The notes beneath the pieces were generated by a model. It was not told the origin of the DNA. It made no database searches and saw only the letters and a program-made list of their open reading frames with translations. A stretch of DNA of 64,000 bases from an uncultured Dehalococcoidales bacterium (GTDB taxonomy: Bacteria > Chloroflexota > Dehalococcoidia > Dehalococcoidales > BS750m-G39). The position numbers and the translations under genes were made by a program. The stretch is from the NCBI GenBank assembly GCA_964396965.1, contig CAYNGD010000003.1:106-64105 (forward strand), read 5' to 3'. This document shows, piece by piece, positions 36,360 to 45,116 of this stretch (position 1 is the first letter of the stretch; each line of letters begins with the position of its first letter).

Positions 36360-37391
36360 ATGCACATACCTGATGGTTATTTGAGTCCGGCCACATGTGG
36401 AACTATGTACGCCGTCTCCGTACCTTTCTGGTATCTAGCCGTTAATCGTGTCCGCAAGTTTCTTACCACCCGCACTGTACCGGTGCTGGCCCTTTTCGCC
36501 GCTTTCTCCTTTGTTTTAATGATGTTCAATGTCCCTATACCCGGGGGAACGACCGCGCATGCGGTGGGTGCAACGCTTCTGGCCATCGTACTGGGTCCCT
36601 GGTCCGCTGTGTTGGGTGTTTCGGTAGCGCTGGGAATTCAGGCATTATTTTTCGGCGATGGTGGCCTGCTCACCTTTGGTGCTAACTGCTTTAACATGGC
36701 TATCGTCATGCCGCTGGTAGGATATTTTATTTATAAAGTAATATCGAGCAATTCGGAGGCTGGTTCGCCCCGCCGTGTGCTGGGGGCAGTCATAGGGAGC
36801 TATGTAGGTATAGTCGCCGCTGCTGCTGCAGCCGGAATTGAGCTCGGTATTCAGCCTGCCCTATTTCACGCTGCCAATGGCACCCCGCTCTATTCTCCAT
36901 ACAGTCTGGGCGTGGCTCTGCCGGCGATGCTAATTGCACACCTGGCTGTGGCAGGTCCAATTGAAGCCGCGGTAACGGGTGGGGTAGTCGCCTATTTGCA
37001 ACGATCTCATACCAGCCTTATTAAGGCAGATAGTTCGAGGAAGAAAGAGGGCAAACTCTGGGTTCTCTGGGGGGCTCTCGGGGTGTTAGCCTTGGCTGCT
37101 CCGCTAGGACTCCTAGCATCCGGTACTGCTTGGGGTGAGTGGGGAGTAGATGAACTTCAGAAGATGGGCCTAGGCTTCATACCCCAGGGGCTGCAGAAAT
37201 TGGCAGGCTGGTGGCCAGCTCCGCTGCCAGACTATGGCTTCCCGAGAATGGGAGCAGTCATCGGCTATATCCTGTCTGCTGTGGTAGGCATGGCTCTGGT
37301 GGCTTTCCTCCTCTGGATGCTTGGCCGGTGGCTCAGTCGCAAGAACTTATCCAAGCCAAGGCTGTCCCCCAAAGAGGAACCGGAAGGGTGA
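36360..37391 (+). CDS. cbiM: Ni/Co ECF transporter substrate component CbiM/NikM fused to PDGLE domain
   Basis: MHIPDGYL, GGTTAH, FGDGG, WGEW, PLPDY. Confidence 0.92.
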   Translation: MHIPDGYLSPATCGTMYAVSVPFWYLAVNRVRKFLTTRTVPVLALFAAFSFVLMMFNVPIPGGTTAHAVGATLLAIVLGPWSAVLGVSVALGIQALFFGDGGLLTFGANCFNMAIVMPLVGYFIYKVISSNSEAGSPRRVLGAVIGSYVGIVAAAAAAGIELGIQPALFHAANGTPLYSPYSLGVALPAMLIAHLAVAGPIEAAVTGGVVAYLQRSHTSLIKADSSRKKEGKLWVLWGALGVLALAAPLGLLASGTAWGEWGVDELQKMGLGFIPQGLQKLAGWWPAPLPDYGFPRMGAVIGYILSAVVGMALVAFLLWMLGRWLSRKNLSKPRLSPKEEPEG

Positions 37392-38206
37392 AAGGCGAAG
37401 GTTTTCTTACCAAGAACATCTCCAGTTTAACCCACACCCTGGAATCTATAATTTCGACCGAAGATTTGTGCCGCGCTCCGGGATTACTCCAGGGCTTAGA
37501 CTCAAGGGTTAAAGTGGTGACCTTCCTGCTTTTCATTGTCATGGTTGGCCTGGCACGGAGTCTATCGGCACTGGCGATAATATTTGTCCTGATCTTGACT
37601 TTGAGTTTCCTCTCTAAAGTGCCGCTGGTGTTTTTCCTCAAGCGTGTTCTCATCTTCATCCCTATCTTTACCGCGGTGATTGCCCTGCCGGCTCTCTTTA
37701 TCACACCGGGCTCACCTCTGGTAGCCCTTGCCGGTAAGATAATCATTACTGAGCAAGGCGCCCGCACTGCCGGGCTCCTGTTCCTTAGAGTAACGGACTC
37801 ACTGTCTTTTGGGGTGCTCCTCATTCTGACTACACCCTGGGCCAGCATACTCGTGGCATTACGTTGGCTTCGTATACCATCGCTACTCGTAGACATCCTG
37901 GGCATGACTTACCGTTATATATTTCTCTTATTGCATACTACCAATTCTATGTTCCTAGCGCGCCGAAGCCGCACCATAGGGAGCTTCTCCAGCGGAGAAA
38001 ACCGACGATGGCTGATTAGGGCCTTAACCACAACGATGGCCAAGTCACAATACCTTAGCGAGGAAGTATATCTCGCTATGCTTTCCCGGGGTTACCAGGG
38101 AGAAACACGTGTCTTGAATGACTTTAGAATAAGGCGCCGGGATTTATTATGGGTAGCCTTTGCCTTGATTGCCGCATCTATCTTATTCTGGGGTAACTAT
38201 CTATGA
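37388..38206 (+). CDS. cbiQ: ECF transporter transmembrane component CbiQ/NikQ
   Basis: LQGLDSRVK, MTYRYIFLL, AMLSRGY; GTG start overlaps cbiM stop. Confidence 0.9.
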   Translation: MKGEGFLTKNISSLTHTLESIISTEDLCRAPGLLQGLDSRVKVVTFLLFIVMVGLARSLSALAIIFVLILTLSFLSKVPLVFFLKRVLIFIPIFTAVIALPALFITPGSPLVALAGKIIITEQGARTAGLLFLRVTDSLSFGVLLILTTPWASILVALRWLRIPSLLVDILGMTYRYIFLLLHTTNSMFLARRSRTIGSFSSGENRRWLIRALTTTMAKSQYLSEEVYLAMLSRGYQGETRVLNDFRIRRRDLLWVAFALIAASILFWGNYL

Positions 38207-39027
38207 GCATATTTGACACAGGGCATATTTTCGAGGCAAAGAACCTGAGCTATGATTATCCAGGAAATGTTCCGGCTTTGAGACAGGTCAACTTTACCAC
38301 TGGAGCGGGAGAATTGATAGCCCTGGTAGGAGTGAATGGCTCTGGGAAGAGCACTCTACTCAAGCTACTGGACGGACTTATATTTCCCACAGACGGAGAG
38401 GTGCTGGCTTTTGGGCATCCTCTTTCCGAAGAGACATTAAAAGACGGGACTTTTGTTGCAGAATTTCGCCGCAAAGTCGGGCTGGTGTTTCAGGACCCGG
38501 ATGTGCAGCTCTTTTCTTCCACGGTCTGGGACGAAGTAACCTTCGGCCCACTTCAGTTGGGAATTCCCAAGGAGGAAGTAGTATCCAGAGGTCTGGAAGC
38601 CCTCAAACTGCTCAACATCGCTCATCTTCGAGAGCGTCCCCCGTATCTTCTCTCTGGTGGGGAGAAAAAGAAGGTCTCCCTGGCTTCCGTGCTTTCATTG
38701 CATCCCCAGGTTCTCCTCCTTGACGAGCCTACTACTGGCCTGGATCCGCAGAGTCAGGGAAATCTTATTGATTTCCTGTTTCAATGGGCCGATGAGGGAA
38801 GGAGCGTGGTTTTCAGTACTCAAGACCTAGATATTGTGGAGGAGATTGCTACCCGTGTGATTGTCATGGGAGCCGAACATAACATTCTGGCTGACGGTAA
38901 GCCGGAAGAATTCCTGTCTGATCCAGATTTTCTCCTTCGGACTAACCTTGTCCATGAACACTCACACAGGCATAGGGAACTCGTACACCGCCACCCACAC
39001 CTGCACGAGCACCAGCACCAGCACTAA
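38203..39027 (+). CDS. cbiO: ECF transporter ATPase CbiO/NikO with His-rich tail
   Basis: GVNGSGKST, LSGGEKK, LLDEPT, HEHSHRH...HRHPHLHEHQHQH. Confidence 0.92.
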   Translation: MSIFDTGHIFEAKNLSYDYPGNVPALRQVNFTTGAGELIALVGVNGSGKSTLLKLLDGLIFPTDGEVLAFGHPLSEETLKDGTFVAEFRRKVGLVFQDPDVQLFSSTVWDEVTFGPLQLGIPKEEVVSRGLEALKLLNIAHLRERPPYLLSGGEKKKVSLASVLSLHPQVLLLDEPTTGLDPQSQGNLIDFLFQWADEGRSVVFSTQDLDIVEEIATRVIVMGAEHNILADGKPEEFLSDPDFLLRTNLVHEHSHRHRELVHRHPHLHEHQHQH

Positions 39028-39083
39028 GGAATATTACCAGAACGGAACCAACGATATAGATGTACTTAGTTATTGCCTGGCCT

Positions 39084-39319
39084 TCATGAATTCTCCACAC
39101 GTGATCTGCCCCCCAGCCATTTTTGATAGCCGGTGATAATCTGCTGATAGCGCTCGATAGTTTTGGGGTCCCGGTCGCTTTGCGCTAGCTCCTGTGATAT
39201 AATTCGAAAGGGTCTGCCATATCAAGGCAATTGTAGTGCATGCCAGCTGGCATACTGTGCACAAGCTGAAAAGCGATACTTTTGGCAATTGCCTGAATTT
39301 GGCTTTCGGTTAGTCTTGT
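39084..39319 (-). pseudogene. Decayed integrase-like fragment, int(C), N-terminal SAM-like domain
   Basis: TRLTESQIQAIAKSIAF...DPFELYH, 1-nt deletion, then QELAQSDRDPKTIERYQQIITGYQKWLGGR; catalytic domain absent. Confidence 0.6.
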
Positions 39320-39346
39320 AACTCGGCTTACAGGTTTACTTGGCCT
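39320..39346 (+). repeat. attR: displaced copy of rnpB 3' end
   Basis: AACTCGGCTTACAGGTTTACTTGGCCT, identical to 28436-28462. Confidence 0.93.
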
Positions 39347-39490
39347 GACTTTAAGGCAAAGAACTCTCTCCCGCCTCTACTTTTCTTTTATTGCGCCTAC
39401 CGTAGTGTCAACATCATTGACAATATTCATCAATATGATTTAAACTATTAACAATTAGTCTATAGTTAATATAATGTTGGGGAAAAGGGA

Positions 39491-39949
39491 ATGATAATGG
39501 ACAAAGCAGAGTCAATTAAGGGAATTGTTGAACTGCAGCGGCAGGCAGGTCGGATTCTGGGGCAGTATGCCGCCAGTGTCTGGCTTGATTCGGGCCTTAC
39601 CCTGGCCCAGCTCAGAAGCCTGTTCTTGATTACTAAAAAGGGAACTACCAACTTTAGGAAGCTGGCAGAAGCTTTGGGAGTCACCCCCGCCGGCGTTACC
39701 CGCATTGTTGACCGCCTGGTGGAGCAGGGGCTGGTCAGCCGGAGGGAGGACCCCAGTGACCGCCGCATGATGGTATTGCAGCCAACGGTTAAGGGGCAAA
39801 CCATCATAGCTAACCTCAGGGAGAGCGGCATAAATCAAATGACCCGGATACTGACGCTTCTCAGCCTGGAAGAGCTTGATGCTCTGTCTCAAGGGCTTTC
39901 CGCGTTTATAAGGGCGGCCAAAACCTACCAGGGAGAGACTCATCCATGA
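39491..39949 (+). CDS. MarR family regulator
   Basis: LTLAQLRSL, VTRIVDRLVEQGLVSRREDPSDRR. Confidence 0.92.
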   Translation: MIMDKAESIKGIVELQRQAGRILGQYAASVWLDSGLTLAQLRSLFLITKKGTTNFRKLAEALGVTPAGVTRIVDRLVEQGLVSRREDPSDRRMMVLQPTVKGQTIIANLRESGINQMTRILTLLSLEELDALSQGLSAFIRAAKTYQGETHP

Positions 39950-40950
39950 ATATGATTGAAGTGGAGGGGCTGACCAAGCGCTTTGGTGAATTCACGGCGG
40001 TGGATCATGTCTCTTTTCAGGTTGAAAAGAGCGAGATACTCGGCTTCCTCGGCCCCAATGGAGCCGGCAAATCGACAACATTACGCATGCTCTGCACCCT
40101 GCTGCGGCCAACAGAAGGCAGCGCCAGGGTAGCCGGTTTTGATATCGCCAGTGAACCGGACAAGGTGAGAGGACACATCGGGCTGGTGGCTGAGAAGCTC
40201 ATCCTTTACGACCAGCTGACCGCTGAGGAGAACCTTACCCTTTTCGGCAGGCTGAACAACCTGCCCGAAGCGCAAATCAGACAGGGAATAGATAAGTGGC
40301 TTGGCCGTCTCCATATGGAGGCATGGCGCAAGTATAAGGTAGGGGCATTTTCAACAGGCATGAAGCAGCGGATAAACGTTGCCCGCGCCCTTCTCCATCA
40401 CCCCGACGTCCTCTTCCTTGACGAGCCTACCCTGGGACTCGACCCGCAGACGACCAGGGCCATTCACGAATTTATTATCGAACTGGGCCAGGAAGGCATC
40501 ACCACCGTGCTCACCACTCATGACATGGTTGAAGCCGGGGCTCTCTGTCATCGCATCGCCATTATTGACCGGGCCAAGATAGTTGCCCTTGATACCACCG
40601 GTAATTTGAAGCGGCTGGTCTCTAACGGCGATACGACGGTAGTTGATATGGAAATCTCCAACCTTAGCCAGTCGATGCTCTCTCAGATGAAGGATGTGGA
40701 GGCGGTTGTCTCCGTAGCGCAAACTGATTCGTACCGGGTGAGAATCAACATCAAGGGTAGCGATGCGGTCGGCCGGATTGTGAGCGCTGTCGTCGCTGGT
40801 GGGGGTAATATCCGGGCGATAAACACGGCGGAACCGAGCCTGCAGGATGTCTTCCTGTATCTTACCGGGCGTGAGATGCGCGACCAGGCGACTGAGAGGG
40901 TTCCTTCAGTTCGGGGACGCCGCTGGCGAAGAACCTCAAGAGTGAGATAA
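39946..40950 (+). CDS. ABC exporter ATP-binding protein (DrrA-like)
   Basis: GPNGAGKST, FSTGMKQR, LDEPTLGLDP, PSLQDVFLYLTG. Confidence 0.92.
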   Translation: MNMIEVEGLTKRFGEFTAVDHVSFQVEKSEILGFLGPNGAGKSTTLRMLCTLLRPTEGSARVAGFDIASEPDKVRGHIGLVAEKLILYDQLTAEENLTLFGRLNNLPEAQIRQGIDKWLGRLHMEAWRKYKVGAFSTGMKQRINVARALLHHPDVLFLDEPTLGLDPQTTRAIHEFIIELGQEGITTVLTTHDMVEAGALCHRIAIIDRAKIVALDTTGNLKRLVSNGDTTVVDMEISNLSQSMLSQMKDVEAVVSVAQTDSYRVRINIKGSDAVGRIVSAVVAGGGNIRAINTAEPSLQDVFLYLTGREMRDQATERVPSVRGRRWRRTSRVR

Positions 40951-40958
40951 TAAAGAAG

Positions 40959-42155
40959 GTGATTGGTATGCTTGGTGATTTCAGAAGGGTGGTCATGCAT
41001 AGCCTCCGCCTCGGAATTAAAGACCTTTTGGTCTTCGCCCGTGACCGGATGATGCTTATCTCCTTTATAATCATGCCTATCTTCATGATGATAATGATGG
41101 GCTTTATCTTCCCGTCACAGAACGTTTTGAAGAATGCCCCGTTGGGCATCGTCAATCTCGACGAGGGCCCGCTCGGTGCCCAGATAAATTCGGCAGTCCA
41201 GCAGCTAAACCGGCAGCAGAGTGAACGGATGTTCGCCATAACCTATCTCCGCAGCAAGGGCATGGCCATAGAACAGATAAAGGAGCAGATGATAAATGGC
41301 GCCATAATTATCCCTGCCGACTTCTCGGCCAAGATAGCCGATGGCGAGCAGGCCTCGGTTATTATCATCACCGACCAGTCCAACCCCCAGGTATCGGCGG
41401 GTATCACCGGGGTACTGGACGCGCTCATGTCCACCACGGCCAGCCAGCTGGCCGCCAAGAACGTAGCCGCCCTGGTGCCGGGTGTGAGCGACCCGCAGTC
41501 GCTGGTTATGCCGTTTACGGTAGAGACCGAGGGCACCGTTCCGGGCAAGCCCAACTATTTCGAGTTCATCGCTCCCGGCCTGATGGCAATGGTCATCATG
41601 TTTGCCGCTATGACCGGCCTGGCGGCTTCCATATCGAGAGAACGCGAACTGGGTACCCTGGATGGCATCCTGTCAGCTCCCATTAGCCGGCTTTCTATCG
41701 TGCTGGGCAAGAGCTTCGCCCAGGTGGTGCGCGGACTGCTGCAGGCCATGCTCGCCCTGATTCTGGCTATAGTGCTCTTTGGTGTCGTCGTTCACGGCAG
41801 CTACGCCCTGCTGTTTTTACTACTGTTGCTGACCGTATTCTCTTTTATCGGCATCGGCATCATAATATCGGCGCTGGCTTCGGAACAGGAGACCGCCATG
41901 ACGATAATGATGACCATCACCTTTCCCATGCTCTTTCTTTCCGGTGCCCTCTTTCCCATTCAACAGATGCCGACCGCTGTCCAGGCTGTTTCTAAGTTTC
42001 TGCCGCTGACCTATGCGGTTAACGCCCTGCGCAAGTGCATCGTGCTCGGCACCGGCATCACCGGGATGATGACGGAGGTCTGGGTGATGCTCGGTTTCGG
42101 CATTGTTTTTACGGTGATCGCAATACCTGTGTTCAATCGGATTATTAGCCGGTAA
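40959..42155 (+). CDS. ABC-2 type permease
   Basis: ERELGTLDGIL, PMLFLSGALFPI, PLTYAVNALR. Confidence 0.9.
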   Translation: MIGMLGDFRRVVMHSLRLGIKDLLVFARDRMMLISFIIMPIFMMIMMGFIFPSQNVLKNAPLGIVNLDEGPLGAQINSAVQQLNRQQSERMFAITYLRSKGMAIEQIKEQMINGAIIIPADFSAKIADGEQASVIIITDQSNPQVSAGITGVLDALMSTTASQLAAKNVAALVPGVSDPQSLVMPFTVETEGTVPGKPNYFEFIAPGLMAMVIMFAAMTGLAASISRERELGTLDGILSAPISRLSIVLGKSFAQVVRGLLQAMLALILAIVLFGVVVHGSYALLFLLLLLTVFSFIGIGIIISALASEQETAMTIMMTITFPMLFLSGALFPIQQMPTAVQAVSKFLPLTYAVNALRKCIVLGTGITGMMTEVWVMLGFGIVFTVIAIPVFNRIISR

Positions 42156-42190
42156 CAGACTCAAGGCATAACAGTTGGAGGAACTAACCG

Positions 42191-43573
42191 ATGAAGAAAT
42201 TGTATTTCTGGCTGTCAATCATTTTGGCAATAACGCTGTTTGTGGGGACAGCCGCCCCGGCATCGGCCCGAGTCAAGGGGGAGCCTGACCTGCAGGCAAC
42301 GGTGGTCGGGAGTGGTGAGTTTCCGGTAGGGCAGGTGGGAGTGTTACAGATAATGCTCCAGAACAACGGGACTTTCTCCGGCGGGACGGAAGACCCGGAT
42401 GACCAGGTGATGGCGCTCGGCTACACCAATGCCTTGGGCGTTACCCTGGCACCGCCCTGCACCACCGCTATCAGTGTCACCGCTACTTTGGAATCGACCA
42501 GTCCATCAATTAAAGTCCTGAGCGGGCCCACGGCGGTTGGGACCCTGCCCCGCGGGATGACCACAGTGCAGCCAGTAACCTTTCAACTCCAGGTGGCTAA
42601 GAACGCCCAACCCGGGACCTACTCTCTCCAGGTGGAACTTAAATATCAGTACCTGCAAAACGTTAACTGGCTCAATCCGATACAGCTCGTCCCCGCCGGG
42701 CTGACGAGCTCATCCTACCAGCCTGAGTTTGCCTTCTACTGGGGGAACAAAGAACAGCAGGTGGAGATACCGATAACGGTTGTCGGCACCTATTTCTCGG
42801 TAGCGGTCACCCAGACAGAGGGCGTCAGGGTGGGGACAACCGGCGTTATAACGCTGGATATTCAGAACAGCGGGGGCGACGAGGCAGATGGGGTCACCGC
42901 TGAGGTAGTCCCCGGAGTCAATTTTTCTCCCCTCGGCCCGGCTAGTTTTCTGGGGGATATTCCCCGTGGTAGTTCGGTCACTACTCAATTTAAGGTGTCG
43001 GTCTCACCGAAGGCGATTGCCAAGGACTGTCCTCTGGATATCCTGATTAAGTATAAAGATGAGAAAAACATCCCCAGGCAGCTGCCGCTGACTGTCGGCG
43101 TGCCGGTGAAAGAAGAGGTGAAATTTGAGCTAGAGCCTACCAGGGTTGATGGTGGCAATCTTACCCCCGGGGCCGAAAAAATAATCGAAATTCCCATTGT
43201 TAATGCCAGCGATTCTGAGGTCAAGGATGCCACGGCCCGAATCAACATTGTCGACCCGTTTTCCACCGCCCCGTTTTCGACTACCGATGATACCGCCTAT
43301 ATCGGGACGCTCCAGCCGGGAGAAAGCGGCACGGCCAAGTTCAGGATAACCGTTGACACTGATGCCGTAGCCAAGGCATACACGCTGGAGGTGGAGGTCA
43401 AATACTGGGACTCTTTGGATAATTCCTATATCTCCCAGCCGATGAGGGCAGTGGTAACTGTGCAGCCGTCTTCTGGACTCTCGGTAACAACTATCGTTGT
43501 CATTTCCCTGGCGGCTGTGGTTGTCATCGGCATCATCTTCTACCTTATAAGAAGGGGCAGGAAAGCGGCGTGA
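42191..43573 (+). CDS. Secreted COG1361-like (S-layer-associated) Ig-repeat protein with C-terminal anchor
   Basis: Signal peptide, PGTYSLQVELKY, IGTLQPGES, C-terminal TM followed by RRGRK. Confidence 0.72.
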   Translation: MKKLYFWLSIILAITLFVGTAAPASARVKGEPDLQATVVGSGEFPVGQVGVLQIMLQNNGTFSGGTEDPDDQVMALGYTNALGVTLAPPCTTAISVTATLESTSPSIKVLSGPTAVGTLPRGMTTVQPVTFQLQVAKNAQPGTYSLQVELKYQYLQNVNWLNPIQLVPAGLTSSSYQPEFAFYWGNKEQQVEIPITVVGTYFSVAVTQTEGVRVGTTGVITLDIQNSGGDEADGVTAEVVPGVNFSPLGPASFLGDIPRGSSVTTQFKVSVSPKAIAKDCPLDILIKYKDEKNIPRQLPLTVGVPVKEEVKFELEPTRVDGGNLTPGAEKIIEIPIVNASDSEVKDATARINIVDPFSTAPFSTTDDTAYIGTLQPGESGTAKFRITVDTDAVAKAYTLEVEVKYWDSLDNSYISQPMRAVVTVQPSSGLSVTTIVVISLAAVVVIGIIFYLIRRGRKAA

Positions 43574-43669
43574 CCCTTAGCTGATGTCACTTTTGCTTGT
43601 TGCCGAATTTCCCCCTCTCGGCTATGATAACCCTGTCTGCCCAAGCGACTTTCAAGGAGAGTGAGTCTG

Positions 43670-44797
43670 ATGTCAGAAAAAAGCAAAACGATAGTAATTA
43701 TCCTGCTGGTAGCCGCCGTCGTGGTCTTGTCCTTCGGTACCGGCTGGCTTGTGGGCAGGCGGAGCTCACCCTATCAGGGGCTGGGAATTGTCGGGCAGGC
43801 GTGGAATATCATCTTTCAGGACTACGTGGACAAGGACCATCTTGATGCCGAGGCGCTGGCGCAGGGGGCGGTAAAGGGAATGGTAGCGGCGCTGGACGAC
43901 CCCTACACCACCTACCTTGACCCGGCCGCCTACGAACTGAGCCAGAAGGGGCTGGAGGGGAAATTTGAGGGCATCGGCGCCTATGTGGCTTCTGAGAACG
44001 GTCAGGTGGTGGTCATCGCCCCGGTGGCCGGTTCGCCGGCGGACGAGGCCGGCATCAGGGCCGGCGATGTGATTCTGGCGGTCGATGGCAAGTCCACCGC
44101 CGATATGAGTCTGACCGACGTGGTGCTCAGCGTCCAGGGCCCCAAGGGGACGACGGTCACCCTTTCCATCCTTCACCAGGGTGAGACCGAGCCGGTTCTG
44201 ATGAAGATAGTCAGGGCTGAGATTGAGGTGCCCAGTGTCCGCTTTGAGATGAAGGATGACATCGCCTACATCAAAATCACCAATTTTTCCGAGCGTACTG
44301 CCGAAGAGCTGGCGCCGGTGATGGAGGAGGTAAAACAGCAGGCCTCGGGCATCGTCCTTGACCTGCGTAGCAATCCCGGCGGCCTGCTGGACTCGGTGGT
44401 TGGCGTCGCCAGCTTTTTCCTTAATGAGGGGGTGGTGCTCGATGTTGTTGATAATGAAGGCAACCATCAGACCTACTCGGTTAAGCCCGGCCTGGCCACC
44501 GACCTGTCTATGGTGGTCCTGGTGGACGAGTCCAGCGCCAGCGGCAGCGAGGTGCTGGCCGGGGCCTTGCAGGACTACGGGCGGGCGGTTATCGCCGGTC
44601 AGAAGACCTACGGCAAGGGCAGCGCCAACACTATGTATCCGCTTGAAGATGGCTCGGCGCTGTACATCACCTACGCCCGCTGGTACACTCCCAAGGGCCG
44701 CCTGATAGAGGGCAAGGGGATACAGCCGGACTATGAGCTTGACCTGGAGAACGTTGATGCCGTCCAGTGGGCGGTGGATTATCTTCATAGCCACTAA
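43670..44797 (+). CDS. ctpA: S41 C-terminal processing peptidase
   Basis: DPYTTY, PDZ GIGA, LDLRSNPGG, SASGSE, TYGKGS. Confidence 0.93.
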   Translation: MSEKSKTIVIILLVAAVVVLSFGTGWLVGRRSSPYQGLGIVGQAWNIIFQDYVDKDHLDAEALAQGAVKGMVAALDDPYTTYLDPAAYELSQKGLEGKFEGIGAYVASENGQVVVIAPVAGSPADEAGIRAGDVILAVDGKSTADMSLTDVVLSVQGPKGTTVTLSILHQGETEPVLMKIVRAEIEVPSVRFEMKDDIAYIKITNFSERTAEELAPVMEEVKQQASGIVLDLRSNPGGLLDSVVGVASFFLNEGVVLDVVDNEGNHQTYSVKPGLATDLSMVVLVDESSASGSEVLAGALQDYGRAVIAGQKTYGKGSANTMYPLEDGSALYITYARWYTPKGRLIEGKGIQPDYELDLENVDAVQWAVDYLHSH

Positions 44798-44879
44798 TCC
44801 CCCACCCCGTTTTATGTCTTTTCCCGCCCGCCACCCTTTAAGGTAACGGGCTAAAGCCATTTTCACCCCGCCCACCCGC

Positions 44880-45085
44880 GTTTATTTTCCCATACCCTCC
44901 CTCCCAAAAAGGTTTCACCTCTTTACGTCACTTAACCCCCACCCCCTGAAGGGGACATTGATGGAAGTACAACTTCTGTAGGGAAGGGGGGTGGGAAGTA
45001 ATACAATCGCCAAAAATGGGAGTGGGGGGCAAGAAGTTTAAAGGCGTAGCCTTTGAGGGCGGGTTGGGTGGGAAGAAAAAACAAT
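44880..45085. repeat. Inverted-repeat element E5 (between convergent ctpA and elp3)
   Basis: CCCATACCCTCCCTCCC 44889-44905; internal GGGAAGGGGGGTGGG 44981-44995; AAAGGCGTAGCCTTTGA then GGGCGGGTTGGGTGGG 45057-45072. Confidence 0.85.
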
Positions 45086-45116
45086 TATTAACAAGGTGGG
45101 GGTAAAGTAGGTGGGG

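Larger units (their letters stand above)
28463..39346. mobile_element. Genomic island integrated at rnpB 3' end carrying metal uptake/cofactor genes; immobilised
   Basis: 27-bp terminal direct repeat; integrase-like remnant at attR; AT-richer than flanks in places; accessory cargo. Confidence 0.85.

Noticed and set aside
39070-39288. 72-aa minus-strand ORF in the track
   Set aside because: Wrong frame; the integrase-like signal lies in the two other minus-strand frames across a 1-nt deletion
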